Shown here: in pieces, positions 29,304-39,625 of the stretch
How positions within the stretch are numbered: position 1 is the stretch's first letter
Layout: each line of letters starts with the position of its first letter
NCBI GenBank assembly: GCA_964621445.1
Contig: CAZUNO010000002.1
Span: 1 to 64,000, forward strand
Direction: 5' to 3'
Length of the DNA stretch: 64,000 nt
Source: Candidatus Hadarchaeota archaeon
GTDB lineage: Archaea > CAYQAE01 > CAYVLA01
Position numbers and translations under genes: made by a program
The notes under the pieces: model-generated
Told to the model about the DNA's origin: nothing
Database searches by the model: none
Seen by the model: only the letters and a program-made list of their open reading frames with translations

Positions 29304-30431
29304 TTGAATTTCCGAGAGCTCACCCTGAGAACCTTTCAGAGGAAGCATATCGATCAGATCGTTTGGCAACCAAGAATACGTTACTGGTATAACGGAAACC
29401 AGGTGGGAAAGAAAAGGGACCAGGTCGAGGGAGAACTGGATTACCCGGAGGTACCTGACCGATACAGGGGAAAAAGCCCCCTGGAGGTATATGATCAGCT
29501 GAACGCCTCTCCCAGATATCCCCATGAGGTCCTTGATATCGGAGTATTCCGGACAAGTATCGACCCAGCTGCAGATATTGAACAGGAAACCAAAACCAGG
29601 AATGAAACCAAAATAACCATCACCAAGACCCCAAAAGGAGATCTAAGGACGGTGCGTCATGCCGGTTACCCGACGGAATTTCCGGTCAAGACGCCTGGTG
29701 ACTGTAAGATAATGGAGTACGTCATACAGAATACCAGATTCGAATTTGATGAGAAGTCCTATAGAAAGGCGGACCAGCTCTTTGGTCCCAGAGGAGTAAT
29801 TCAAAGCTTCTACCCCCGTTCCCCCTTCCAGGCCCTCATAGTGAGGTATATGGGGGCAAAAAACACCTTCATACAGCTTCATCGAAATAGAGAGGCAGTG
29901 GAGGGCCTTATGGAAAGCCTCGACAGGTGGGCCGACGAGATATACGATACTCTGGTCAGCTGTCCGATAAAGATACTCAACTTCGGGGAGAATATCGACG
30001 CCAACCTAGCCTCACCCAAGTTTTTCAAGCGGTATCTAGTTCCATTCTATCAGAAGAGAATTGACCAGCTTCACCGTGCTGGAAAATTCTGCCACATTCA
30101 TATCGATGGTGCGATCAAACCCCTCCTGCCCTACCTTCACCTAGTCGAGTTCGATGGCATAGAGGCCGCCACTCCCAAGCCGCAAGGAGATGTTACTCTA
30201 GAGGACCTGAAAGAGGGTTTGGGGGACAAAATACTCCTGGATGGCATACCTGCCATTCTATTCCTTCCCGTCTATAGCAAGAGCACTTTGGAGGATTTTA
30301 CCTCCAAGCTCATCGAAATGTTTTCCCCCAACCTCATATTGGGAGTGTCGGATGAGCTCCCCCCGACCGCGGATATAAGAATGGTCGAGCTTGTATCAAA
30401 TATTGTCCAGGCCCTGGAAATTGAACCATAG
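29304..30431 (+). CDS. uroporphyrinogen decarboxylase/MtaA-like family protein
   Basis: NFGEN, SPKFFKRYLVP, HIDG, GIEAATPxPQGD, LILGVSDE. Confidence 0.8.
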   Translation: MNFRELTLRTFQRKHIDQIVWQPRIRYWYNGNQVGKKRDQVEGELDYPEVPDRYRGKSPLEVYDQLNASPRYPHEVLDIGVFRTSIDPAADIEQETKTRNETKITITKTPKGDLRTVRHAGYPTEFPVKTPGDCKIMEYVIQNTRFEFDEKSYRKADQLFGPRGVIQSFYPRSPFQALIVRYMGAKNTFIQLHRNREAVEGLMESLDRWADEIYDTLVSCPIKILNFGENIDANLASPKFFKRYLVPFYQKRIDQLHRAGKFCHIHIDGAIKPLLPYLHLVEFDGIEAATPKPQGDVTLEDLKEGLGDKILLDGIPAILFLPVYSKSTLEDFTSKLIEMFSPNLILGVSDELPPTADIRMVELVSNIVQALEIEP

Positions 30432-30524
30432 CAAGCATGTGGCTCTCATACAGCTCGATAGAAAAGAATCGGGGGTCGGATGCCCTTGCATAGATTTTTC
30501 TTTGAACCGAAAATACCCTAAGGG

Positions 30525-31880
30525 ATGACCATTCAATCAGAAAAGGAAGAGGAAGCCGATAGGCCTTACAAATTAGCGATTGAATTTGCAGAGATTTACG
30601 GGGGAAAGGTAGGAATCTGCCCCCGGGTCCCGGTCCACAGGCTGGAGGACTTCGCAGTTTGGTACAGCCCTGGGGTTGCCGAGGTTTCCAGAAGGATCGA
30701 GAAACAAAAGGACCTTAGTTATAGATATACGAATAGAAGTAACGCCATTGCCGTTGTAACCGACGGAACCAGAGTTCTAGGCCTGGGCGATGTCGGCGCC
30801 GAGGCTTCCCTTCCCGTGATGGAGGGAAAGTCCCTACTTTTCAAGTACCTGGGAGGCGTTGATGCCTTTCCCCTCCCGATATCCTGCACCGACCCTGATC
30901 AGTTCATATCCGTGGTTAAGAGCCTGGAGCCAGGTCTTGGAGGGATTAATCTTGAGGACATAGCACATCCGAAGTGCTTCCGGATTTTGGAAACCCTCAG
31001 GGAAGAGATGAACATCCCGGTTTGGCATGACGACCAACAGGGAACCGCCGCCGCAACCGTTGCCGGCCTTCTGAATGCCCTGGAGCTGACCGGCAGAAAA
31101 ATGTCGGAGACCCGCATGACCTTCATGGGGGCGGGAGCCGCCAACCTGTCCAATGCTCGCCTGGCGATTGAGGCGGGATTTCCTCCGGAGAACTTCATTA
31201 TGATAGACAGCAAGGGCATAATACACTCCCAGAGAGAGGATATTGAACGGATGGCAGTCCAAAACCCCTGGAAGCACGATTTCGCTCTCAAGACCAACCC
31301 CGAGGGACTAAGTGGGCCTGCCCAAAAGGCGTTTGAAGGGGCCGATGTCATCATTAGTGCATCCATACCAGGTCCCAGTGTTATAGATGGAAAGTGGATA
31401 AGGAAAATGGCAGAGGACCCCATAGTATTCGCCCTGGCTAACCCCACTCCTGAGATTTGGCCCTGGGAGGCCAGGAAGGAGGGAGCCGCCGTCGTGGCCA
31501 CCGGAAGAGGAGATTTTCCCAACCAGATAAACAATAGCCTCATATTCCCTTCCGTGTTCCGGGGAGTTCTTGACGTTGGAGCAAGAACCATTACCGATGA
31601 AATGGCGGTTGCCGCCTCAAGGGAACTTGCGTCATTCGCCCGGGAAAAGGGCATTTCCTCGGAGTATGTCATACCCAAGATGACGGAATGGGAGGTATAC
31701 CCCAGAGTAGCCTCCGCGACGGCCCAAAAAGCCATGTCCCAGGGAATAGCGGAAAGGCCCCTTCCCGAGGAAGAGCTGGTCAGCCGATGTAGACAAACCA
31801 TAGCCAGCGCCAGGGAACAGCTCCAGGCATTGATGGATCGGGAGATAATTACACCTGCCCCTGGCGGGAAGATATACTAA
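30525..31880 (+). CDS. NAD(P)-dependent malic enzyme
   Basis: YSPGVA, VTDGTRVLGLGD, INLEDI, HDDQQGT, GAGAA, ANPTPE, NQINN. Confidence 0.95.
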   Translation: MTIQSEKEEEADRPYKLAIEFAEIYGGKVGICPRVPVHRLEDFAVWYSPGVAEVSRRIEKQKDLSYRYTNRSNAIAVVTDGTRVLGLGDVGAEASLPVMEGKSLLFKYLGGVDAFPLPISCTDPDQFISVVKSLEPGLGGINLEDIAHPKCFRILETLREEMNIPVWHDDQQGTAAATVAGLLNALELTGRKMSETRMTFMGAGAANLSNARLAIEAGFPPENFIMIDSKGIIHSQREDIERMAVQNPWKHDFALKTNPEGLSGPAQKAFEGADVIISASIPGPSVIDGKWIRKMAEDPIVFALANPTPEIWPWEARKEGAAVVATGRGDFPNQINNSLIFPSVFRGVLDVGARTITDEMAVAASRELASFAREKGISSEYVIPKMTEWEVYPRVASATAQKAMSQGIAERPLPEEELVSRCRQTIASAREQLQALMDREIITPAPGGKIY

Positions 31881-31891
31881 ATCCAAATTCG

Positions 31892-32779
31892 CTATGAAAA
31901 GAAACCGGTGATGAGTTCCCGAGGGGTGCCTTCGTAGGATGCCTCGGCCAGGAACTCGGTGCCTTTCTGGTTACCCCAGCTGTAGTTGATTACCGTCTCC
32001 CCCTCATGCTCACAAAAGTCCACGTCAGAGTTATTGATGTTAACCGCGTTCTCTATCTTCTCCCTCAACCCAGATGATAGAGAGGAATTTGCTATCCTCT
32101 TATCACCGGGTGAAGGTGATAGAAACGGGCCAAGGGAGCTCTCCTCCCAGCTGCTGAGATCCCTGGATCGAATGACGTGAGGCTCATATCTTGGACCTGG
32201 TTTTGACTCAAGGTATACCATGTAATAATTTTCATCAAAGAAGCGCAAGGCCGGGCAGGCAGTATACTTTTCTCTCGAAAACACATGATTAAATGGCATC
32301 ATCTCCCATTCGCGGAGATTCTGTGACTGGGCAAAGAAGATGGTGAATCTCGATCCCACCAATTCTGCCGGCCCTCCCAGCTCCAAAGCCATCACATACC
32401 TATTCCCTGACTTGCATACCGATGTATTATAGACCTCCTTATCCCCCAGCTCGAGAGCCGTGACCGAATCCCATTTCGATAGATCCCTGCTCCAAAACAC
32501 CCGGATCTCCGAACCGCCGGGCTCATTTGTGCCATAGGCAAACAGCATCGGTCCTTCCACAAATGCGCAGCCAAAATGATAGCCGGGCGCAAATCGTGTC
32601 AAGACCTCTCCCGAAGCTGGATCAAGGAATCGGAAATATGATCGTCCGGTGTGGTTTCCGTAATAATTCTCCCTGACGTATTCAAATCGAATTAGACGCT
32701 CCTTGTACACCACGGGCGTGGTCTCCACCATATCGCAGTCTATGGTACCCTTCTTGACGATTTCTGGCTTCAAGCCCAT
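31892..32779 (-). CDS. five-bladed beta-propeller glycosidase-like protein
   Basis: Repeated SRDLxxW/SQNLREW blade motifs, ETTPVV, NNSDVD. Confidence 0.65.
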   Translation of the reverse strand: MGLKPEIVKKGTIDCDMVETTPVVYKERLIRFEYVRENYYGNHTGRSYFRFLDPASGEVLTRFAPGYHFGCAFVEGPMLFAYGTNEPGGSEIRVFWSRDLSKWDSVTALELGDKEVYNTSVCKSGNRYVMALELGGPAELVGSRFTIFFAQSQNLREWEMMPFNHVFSREKYTACPALRFFDENYYMVYLESKPGPRYEPHVIRSRDLSSWEESSLGPFLSPSPGDKRIANSSLSSGLREKIENAVNINNSDVDFCEHEGETVINYSWGNQKGTEFLAEASYEGTPRELITGFFS

Positions 32780-32888
32780 GCATCAACTTCTGGAAATTAA
32801 CTAATAAAGCCATTGCTTCTCAAAAAGGCAAGCCAAATCATTATTCAGCGTTGATCTGGTTTCAAAGCTACTCAAGGAGGACACGGAA

Positions 32889-34061
32889 ATGGGAATTAGC
32901 ATAGGCGTGGTTGGCCTGGGTTCTTTCGGCTCCAGCTTTGCCCCGCTTTTCAAAAACCACCCGCTGGTTGATAGAATAGCTCTCTGCGACCGGGAGCCGG
33001 AAAGAGTCAAGGCCTTTTCAGAAAGGAATTCATTCCAGGATAAATTCGACCCCTCAGATGCATATTACTCACTTGATGATATAGTGAAGAGCGATCTCGA
33101 CGCCATAGCCCTGATTACCCAGCCATGGCTTCACGCTCCTCAGGCGGTTAAGGTAATGGAATCCGGAAAAAGTGTCTACAGCGCCGTCCCTATCATATCC
33201 TTGCCGTCGGGCAAGGAGATACTCAATTGGTGCGACAGGATCATAAAGACCTGTATAGAAACGGATATGTATTACATGCTGGGAGAGACCACCTACTACA
33301 GACCACAGGCCATGTACTGCCGAAAGCGACGCGAACAGGGGGACTTCGGGGATTTCGTGTATGCTGAAGGTGAATATCTCCACGACATCGATAGCCCAAC
33401 CAGCAGCTTGAGGAAGGTTAGAGCGAGTCGTTTGGCCTCAGCGGCTGGTAGAGAATGGATTCAGACCGAAAAGGAGTATGAAGAGCGGGGAGCGATAACC
33501 GGTCCCATGCACTATCCCACCCACTCCACATCCGGCCCCGTTTCCGTGATGAATGCTCACGCCACCAGGGTTTCAGCCCTGGCATATTATAGCAAACGCG
33601 AGGACGAGTATTTTGGCGGCTCTCCCAGTAACGAGACTGCGCTATTCAAGATGTCCAACGGGGCCCATGTACGTATCTGTGAATACAGGGAGATAGGCCT
33701 TCAGAATCGAGAGATCTTTCGCGTATATGGAAACGAGGGCAGCTTCGAAAATGATACCTGGTGTGACAAGCATTCGTGTACCACTCTGAGCACGGAGGAG
33801 ATGAGGGACCCTCTTCCCCAGGATGTATATGATGCCTTTGCCAGGTACAAACCGGATGACATATACGGCGGTCATGGGGGTTCACACGCCTACTTGGTAA
33901 ACGAGTTCGTCGAGGCCGTACATCAGGACCGCCAGCCGGCCATAAATGCCTGGGAAGCGACAAGATATATGGCCATGGGGGTCATGGCCCATCAATCGGC
34001 ATTGAAGGACGGAAGGGTCTTGGATGTTCCGGACTGGGGAGATGCACCGGCAACCAGCTGA
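32889..34061 (+). CDS. Gfo/Idh/MocA NAD-dependent oxidoreductase (GH109-like)
   Basis: GVVGLG Rossmann motif, SAVP, LGET, EGEYLH, HYPTHS, GGHGG. Confidence 0.88.
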   Translation: MGISIGVVGLGSFGSSFAPLFKNHPLVDRIALCDREPERVKAFSERNSFQDKFDPSDAYYSLDDIVKSDLDAIALITQPWLHAPQAVKVMESGKSVYSAVPIISLPSGKEILNWCDRIIKTCIETDMYYMLGETTYYRPQAMYCRKRREQGDFGDFVYAEGEYLHDIDSPTSSLRKVRASRLASAAGREWIQTEKEYEERGAITGPMHYPTHSTSGPVSVMNAHATRVSALAYYSKREDEYFGGSPSNETALFKMSNGAHVRICEYREIGLQNREIFRVYGNEGSFENDTWCDKHSCTTLSTEEMRDPLPQDVYDAFARYKPDDIYGGHGGSHAYLVNEFVEAVHQDRQPAINAWEATRYMAMGVMAHQSALKDGRVLDVPDWGDAPATS

Positions 34062-34104
34062 TAGTTAAGAGTCGCCCGGATGAAGCCATCTAGAGAAGAT
34101 TCCA

Positions 34105-34542
34105 ATGAAGGACTGCATATTTTGCAGGATCGTCGATGGCCAGCAGGAGAGCGAAAGGGTCCTCGAAACGAAACAGGCCCTGGCCTTCCTGGACATAAAT
34201 CCCAGAGCACCGGGCCACACCCTTATAATACCCAAGGATCACGCTCGGACGCTCACCGATCTTGATCCTGACCCCGCCGCCGGGGTCTTCCTTACCACGA
34301 GGCGAATCTGCACCATGATCGAGGACGCCCTAAATCCGGAAGGATTTACCATAGGGATCAATGACGGACCTGAGGCGGGACAGGAAATACCGCATCTACA
34401 CGTGAATGTGATTCCTCGATTTAAGGGAGACGGCGGTACCTCGGTTCACTCCGTTGTCCAAAACCCCCCTGTCAAAGACCTATCAGAGATCGCGGAAAAG
34501 ATAAGAGATGCCGGTTTGTCAGATATAAGTTCCCGGCCCTAA
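34105..34542 (+). CDS. HIT family hydrolase (HxHxN variant)
   Basis: DCIFC, FLDINP, GHTLIIPK, AGQEIPHLHVNVIPR. Confidence 0.92.
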   Translation: MKDCIFCRIVDGQQESERVLETKQALAFLDINPRAPGHTLIIPKDHARTLTDLDPDPAAGVFLTTRRICTMIEDALNPEGFTIGINDGPEAGQEIPHLHVNVIPRFKGDGGTSVHSVVQNPPVKDLSEIAEKIRDAGLSDISSRP

Positions 34543-34583
34543 ACCGAAAAGATACTTCAGTTCAACCTACTGATAGGAACTCA

Positions 34584-34874
34584 ATGAGTAGCCAGAAGAC
34601 ACTCCTGCTGGACGAGATGTACACTGGCTTCAAGGAATATTTCGAGATAATGGAATGGGAAGTGGTCACCCTGGATGATCTGGACCTCCAGGGAGCCGAT
34701 GATAAAGAAGTAGTGAGATGCGCAAAAGAGAAGGACCTCCTGCTCGTTACCCAGGATCAGAAACCGGCAGAACTAGCTGAAATCACCGGTGTCCCCTTCG
34801 TTTTAATCTCAAAACGTTTGGTGGCGGAATTGATCGATTCCGAGATTCGAAGGAAGTACCCGAATCTGAAATAA
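34584..34874 (+). CDS. PIN-like (DUF5615/Mut7-C) domain protein
   Basis: LLLDEM, ADDKEVV..A, LLVTQD. Confidence 0.75.
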   Translation: MSSQKTLLLDEMYTGFKEYFEIMEWEVVTLDDLDLQGADDKEVVRCAKEKDLLLVTQDQKPAELAEITGVPFVLISKRLVAELIDSEIRRKYPNLK

Positions 34875-34935
34875 GCTATCCCCGCCTACGGTAGCAGTAG
34901 GTAGATCGATTACCACTTTTTCCCAACCATAAGAG

Positions 34936-37182
34936 ATGCAGATTAAGATGAAAGAAAAGGTAAAACTACTAATTAGCGGATTGCCTGAGAACTCAGGCCC
35001 AGGGGACCTACTCGGTGCTATGGCCAACGATACACGAATCGACGGCAAAGAGGTCGGCAGAATAGATATCAAAGGGTCCGTAGCCACCCTCTCGATTCCC
35101 TCGGGGGCCGCGGACAGCGTGATTGCCAATCTGGATGAGGTCTCCGGAAGACCAGTCACCGTGGCCAGGGCACGATCAAAAAATCTCAAGTCCCATCTCC
35201 TTGGCCTAGCAAGACTGGTGGAGATGGAAAGAGAGGAAGAAATGCGAAGGCACGAAAGGGAAATTCGAAATCTAACTGGTTTTCAGAGGGAAAAAGAGGG
35301 CCGTGCAATTCTCCATCTAAAGGGCAAGGACAAGGGAACCGGCCTGGGTGGGAAATATCTAATCAAGTTCGTCCGCCAGAGGCCCGGTGAGCAGCTTCCG
35401 GATACGGAGATAACCGTAGGTGATCTGGTCATGTTATCCAGAGGGAATCCACTGAAGGCAAATAATCCAACTGGAACCGTTTCCAGCAAGACCAACTATT
35501 CCTTAACCATCGCCTTTGACCGTAAACCTCGCCGTTTCCTCTTTGGAAAGGGGCTAAGGTGCGATCTTTACGTAAACGACATAACCTATCAGCGCCAGCT
35601 TGAGGCCCTTAAGGAGGTTACTTCAAGGGATCAGAGTCGAGACCTGGCCAGCAAGGCTCTGGGACAGGACGGGCTGGAATTCGAGGATCAAGGGAACCTT
35701 CAAATCCTCAACAAGAATCTCAATACTTCGCAAATCGAGGCCGTCCGGAAGGCGCTAGCCGCCAACGACTTCTACCTGATACATGGTCCTCCCGGAACCG
35801 GGAAGACGGTGACCTGCATCGAGGCCGCACGCCAGCTAATCAGGCGAGGAGAGAAAGTTCTATGCACGGCGGACTCAAACACCGCCGTCGATAATCTGGT
35901 TGAACGCCTCGCTGACTGGGGAGAAAACGTGGTTCGGGTTGGTCACCCAGCCCGAGTCACCCCGAACTTGAGGAGCCACACCTTGGATGAGATAATTCAA
36001 AATGACCCCAGCTATATCCAAAGCCAGGAAGCTCGGGAGGCCGCACTAAAGCTCGTCGATGAACAGGGCAAACTGACCCATCCCGGCGGCAGATGGCGCC
36101 GTGGAATGAGCAATGGAAAGATCCTTGCCCTGGCCCGTAGAGGTAAGGGCTCAAGGGGTGTTCCCCCTTCGAGAATTAAGGAGATGGCCAAGTGGATCCA
36201 TCTCAAATCCAAGATAGATGACCTGTTTAACAAGGCGCAGAGGCTTGAGGAGGAAGCAATATCACACGTATTGGAATGGGCGGATGTGATCTGCGCCACG
36301 AACTCCGGTTCAGGCTCCGAATTGATGTCTGACCGGGAATTTAACACCGTGATAATTGACGAGGCAACCCAGGCCACCGAACCCAGCTGTTGGATACCTA
36401 TGGTACGTGCAAATAAAGTGGTGATGGCTGGCGACCATAAGCAGCTACCCCCTACAATACTGAGCCCCGACGCCGAGGGCCTGAGCAAGACCCTTTTTGA
36501 GTCCTTGGTCGAGGTGCACGGAAACCGATGCAGATCCATGCTCAAGATTCAGTACAGGATGCACGAGAAGATCATGCAATTCTCCAACCAGCAGTTCTAC
36601 GATGACCTGCTAGAGGCCGACGAATCCGTCGCCTCCCATACTATCCTTGACCTCCTCCCTGATTCCAAAGTAAGATCTCCAAGTGATTCCCTTGAGAGCC
36701 CGTTGGTCTTTGTGGATACTCGGCATATTGATGGGAACGAGAGGACAAGAACTGGCTCCACATCTAAGGAAAACCCGGTAGAAGCGGAAATAGTTGATTT
36801 CATAACCAGCCAGATTCTCGATCTGGGGATTCTCCAGAGAGATATCGCCGTCATCTCCCCCTATGACGATCAGGTGGATCTTCTGAGAAGACTTATTGGA
36901 ATGGAGGAAATTGAAATAGACACCGTGGATGGATTCCAAGGTAGGGAAAAGGAAGTGGTAATCGTCTCACTTGTCCGGAGCAATTCGCGAAACAGCATCG
37001 GTTTTCTGAATGATATTCGCCGTCTTAATGTTGCGCTCACCAGAGCCAAGAGAAAGCTGATTATCATAGGTGATAGTTCAACCATTACCTCCCACCAAAC
37101 CTACGAACATCTCTTGGAGTATGTCCGTTCCACAGGAAAGGTAATCTCACTCGAAGAGCCCCCAAAGGCTTCAGCGCGGTAA
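34936..37182 (+). CDS. IGHMBP2/Upf1-like SF1B helicase with N-terminal DbpA-type RNA-binding domain
   Basis: HGPPGTGKT, SNTAVD, IDEATQ, GDHKQLPP, QYRMH, DGFQGREK, RRLNVALTRAK; N-terminal PGDLLGA..VGRIDI. Confidence 0.92.
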   Translation: MQIKMKEKVKLLISGLPENSGPGDLLGAMANDTRIDGKEVGRIDIKGSVATLSIPSGAADSVIANLDEVSGRPVTVARARSKNLKSHLLGLARLVEMEREEEMRRHEREIRNLTGFQREKEGRAILHLKGKDKGTGLGGKYLIKFVRQRPGEQLPDTEITVGDLVMLSRGNPLKANNPTGTVSSKTNYSLTIAFDRKPRRFLFGKGLRCDLYVNDITYQRQLEALKEVTSRDQSRDLASKALGQDGLEFEDQGNLQILNKNLNTSQIEAVRKALAANDFYLIHGPPGTGKTVTCIEAARQLIRRGEKVLCTADSNTAVDNLVERLADWGENVVRVGHPARVTPNLRSHTLDEIIQNDPSYIQSQEAREAALKLVDEQGKLTHPGGRWRRGMSNGKILALARRGKGSRGVPPSRIKEMAKWIHLKSKIDDLFNKAQRLEEEAISHVLEWADVICATNSGSGSELMSDREFNTVIIDEATQATEPSCWIPMVRANKVVMAGDHKQLPPTILSPDAEGLSKTLFESLVEVHGNRCRSMLKIQYRMHEKIMQFSNQQFYDDLLEADESVASHTILDLLPDSKVRSPSDSLESPLVFVDTRHIDGNERTRTGSTSKENPVEAEIVDFITSQILDLGILQRDIAVISPYDDQVDLLRRLIGMEEIEIDTVDGFQGREKEVVIVSLVRSNSRNSIGFLNDIRRLNVALTRAKRKLIIIGDSSTITSHQTYEHLLEYVRSTGKVISLEEPPKASAR

Positions 37183-37239
37183 GTACTGCCCCATCGGTAA
37201 TCGCAAAGCTTATTACCGGTGTAGGTATTTCCCTATGCG

Positions 37240-39555
37240 TTGCCCAGGCCATTCATCCTGAGTTTCCAGGTATTTATCCTAAGTCTGATTTTTGCCAGTG
37301 TATTTCTAGGTACCGGGTTTGGGAAACCCTTTGAGGCAACTCTGGTTCTGGAAACAAAGAACATCTCCATTGGCACCAGGATCGGGAATCCAAATCTTAC
37401 CTTCGCCCTGGAGAATGAATTTGGAGAGGACGTCCAGGGAGCCGCCGGATATCTGACCATGCTGGCAGAAAATAAGACCCTATATGAGAATAATGGATCC
37501 TATTATGCGAATTTAACCGATGTCAGCGCCGGCACCTATGACATAGTTGTCAGACTCCAGAAGGAGGGCTATCATATCCCAGAACTCCGGACCACCTTCT
37601 ACCTGGAATATGAAAGAATCTACCAGGGCTACACAAACCTTACGAGGCTTTCCGGTCTATCATTTACCACCGATCGCCCCGAGGTTTGCACGGCGTCTTT
37701 CAACCAGGAACTGGTGGAAATATCTGTCGTCTACGACAAGTCCAGGATCCCCGTCGTCCACTTCCATCTTGTATTCCCGGAACCCCTGGACCTCTCCCGA
37801 TTCGATCTTGTACGGATCAATATATCCCACCAAAACTGTCCCTCGCTACAAATCGGCCTTCAGGATGACGAGGGCTCAAAGACCATGTTAACCCTGGATA
37901 CGGACGGGGATATGGATGTGAAATGGAAATATCGCGAGGCGACTGACTGGGTTAACTTCAAATCCATCAGCAAACTGGTTTTCCAGACCATGCAGCGGAG
38001 GGATGGAAAGAATCACAGGATTGCCTTGGAAAGCCTGGAATGGGTCAGGAACCCACGGTATATCCACCAATGTCCTCCCACCTTGAAGGATGCCCTCCAA
38101 AACACCCTTTCCCATAGAGCCGATCCGATCTTCGTGCATGGCCCCACCGGCCTACCCTTTGAATTCATCAACCTTTACGAGTACACGGTGCCCTCGGTCA
38201 GCGAGCTTGACATGACCATCGGGAATAATGAGATAGGGGAGGGATTGACCTCTTTCTGGATGTATTACCTGGGCTCGGGAGAGAAATGGGTAGAGGAATT
38301 CCTTCGACAGGCCGCAGTTGCCGAGGCGCGCTACCTGGACCCGGGCGATGGTCTTATCGGTCTCCATCATTATTACAGAAGAACCGGAGAGCTAGACGAT
38401 GACACCCACAATCTAAGGGGATGCAAGTTTCGGGGTGGGCCCGCGGGGGAGAGTTCTGCCCAACATGGTGCAGAGGAGGCCATGTACATGATGTTACCAG
38501 CGGCCTGGATCCTGGGTGAGGAGGAGGCATTGCACGCCCTGGAAAGATATAGCGAAACACTCCTCCAGCTAAATTCTGAACCTGATTTCCTCCATCTTCA
38601 CCTCTACGTGAAGAAGTGTAATGGTGAATGGTATGTCGGGGACTGGAACGGAATGCACGACCAGAAGATGGAAGTCGTTGATCCTGACCCCTCGGCCTTC
38701 ACGGATCTATCCGAGTTCTGGTGGATAACACCCATGCTGGGAACGGCCATTCTGACCGAGAACCAGACGCTGAGAACGCGAATAATCGATCGCTGCCGTC
38801 CAATCCTGGATAACGTTATCCAATACCAGGCGGTTAATGGAGAAATCCCCTTTGTATATACCCTAGACGGATCAAGGGCAATTTTTAACGCCACCGCAAA
38901 GGGCTGGAGCGGGTATAATGTCAACAGCTTCTACGCACGTTCGGCTTACCTCATGCATAACCTGACGGGGGATGAGAAATACCTGCATTCGCTTGAGAGG
39001 ATGTACGACTTCTTCCTTCAGGATGGAACACCGGGCAGTTATCGATTCGCCCCCCAGATTATATTCCATTCCCTGTACACCGGAAATGAGACATTGGCAA
39101 GCCGCCTGGTCCAGGATATAAGATCGCGGTATACTTTGGATAGAATAGAGCATTCCATATTGGATTGTACGTGGCGCCTTTTGCCCTGGATTTTTACCGG
39201 TAACTTAACCGATCTTCAGATCGCGCTCCGGGGGGAAAGCAGATTCAGGACCGAGAACTGGCTAGAGATACCGGGAGGTTCCGGAAGATACCACTACTAT
39301 CCACCCTATGTAGTGGACACCATAGTGGAATGGGGTTGGTGCCCCCTCGATAAATTCGGGAGTGGGATCGAGGATTTCTACGCACTATCTCAATTAGGCC
39401 CCTCTTCGATGGGACTGGTGGAGCGCGACCTATTGACCATGGGTTTTCTGGCCAGGATACCTGATTGTCCGGTCATCTCGTTGGCCCTCCTTGCAATCCT
39501 GGGCGCGTTGCTCAATAGAAATCGATCTAGCGGAAAATTCCGGGGAAAACCATAG
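37240..39555 (+). CDS. large exported protein (Ig-like plus helical catalytic-like domain) with C-terminal anchor
   Basis: Signal peptide; C-terminal IPDCP + hydrophobic helix + basic tail. Confidence 0.7.
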   Translation: MPRPFILSFQVFILSLIFASVFLGTGFGKPFEATLVLETKNISIGTRIGNPNLTFALENEFGEDVQGAAGYLTMLAENKTLYENNGSYYANLTDVSAGTYDIVVRLQKEGYHIPELRTTFYLEYERIYQGYTNLTRLSGLSFTTDRPEVCTASFNQELVEISVVYDKSRIPVVHFHLVFPEPLDLSRFDLVRINISHQNCPSLQIGLQDDEGSKTMLTLDTDGDMDVKWKYREATDWVNFKSISKLVFQTMQRRDGKNHRIALESLEWVRNPRYIHQCPPTLKDALQNTLSHRADPIFVHGPTGLPFEFINLYEYTVPSVSELDMTIGNNEIGEGLTSFWMYYLGSGEKWVEEFLRQAAVAEARYLDPGDGLIGLHHYYRRTGELDDDTHNLRGCKFRGGPAGESSAQHGAEEAMYMMLPAAWILGEEEALHALERYSETLLQLNSEPDFLHLHLYVKKCNGEWYVGDWNGMHDQKMEVVDPDPSAFTDLSEFWWITPMLGTAILTENQTLRTRIIDRCRPILDNVIQYQAVNGEIPFVYTLDGSRAIFNATAKGWSGYNVNSFYARSAYLMHNLTGDEKYLHSLERMYDFFLQDGTPGSYRFAPQIIFHSLYTGNETLASRLVQDIRSRYTLDRIEHSILDCTWRLLPWIFTGNLTDLQIALRGESRFRTENWLEIPGGSGRYHYYPPYVVDTIVEWGWCPLDKFGSGIEDFYALSQLGPSSMGLVERDLLTMGFLARIPDCPVISLALLAILGALLNRNRSSGKFRGKP

Positions 39556-39625
39556 TAACCAACTTTCCAGACCTTCTCGAGTCGTGGTTACATTATTCTT
39601 GAAAGGTCAAGGGGCATAAAAGGGA

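Noticed and set aside
30899-31801. Long antisense ORFs (e.g. 300 aa opposite the malic enzyme; 233 aa at 19833-20534)
   Set aside because: Shadow ORFs of well-supported genes on the opposite strand
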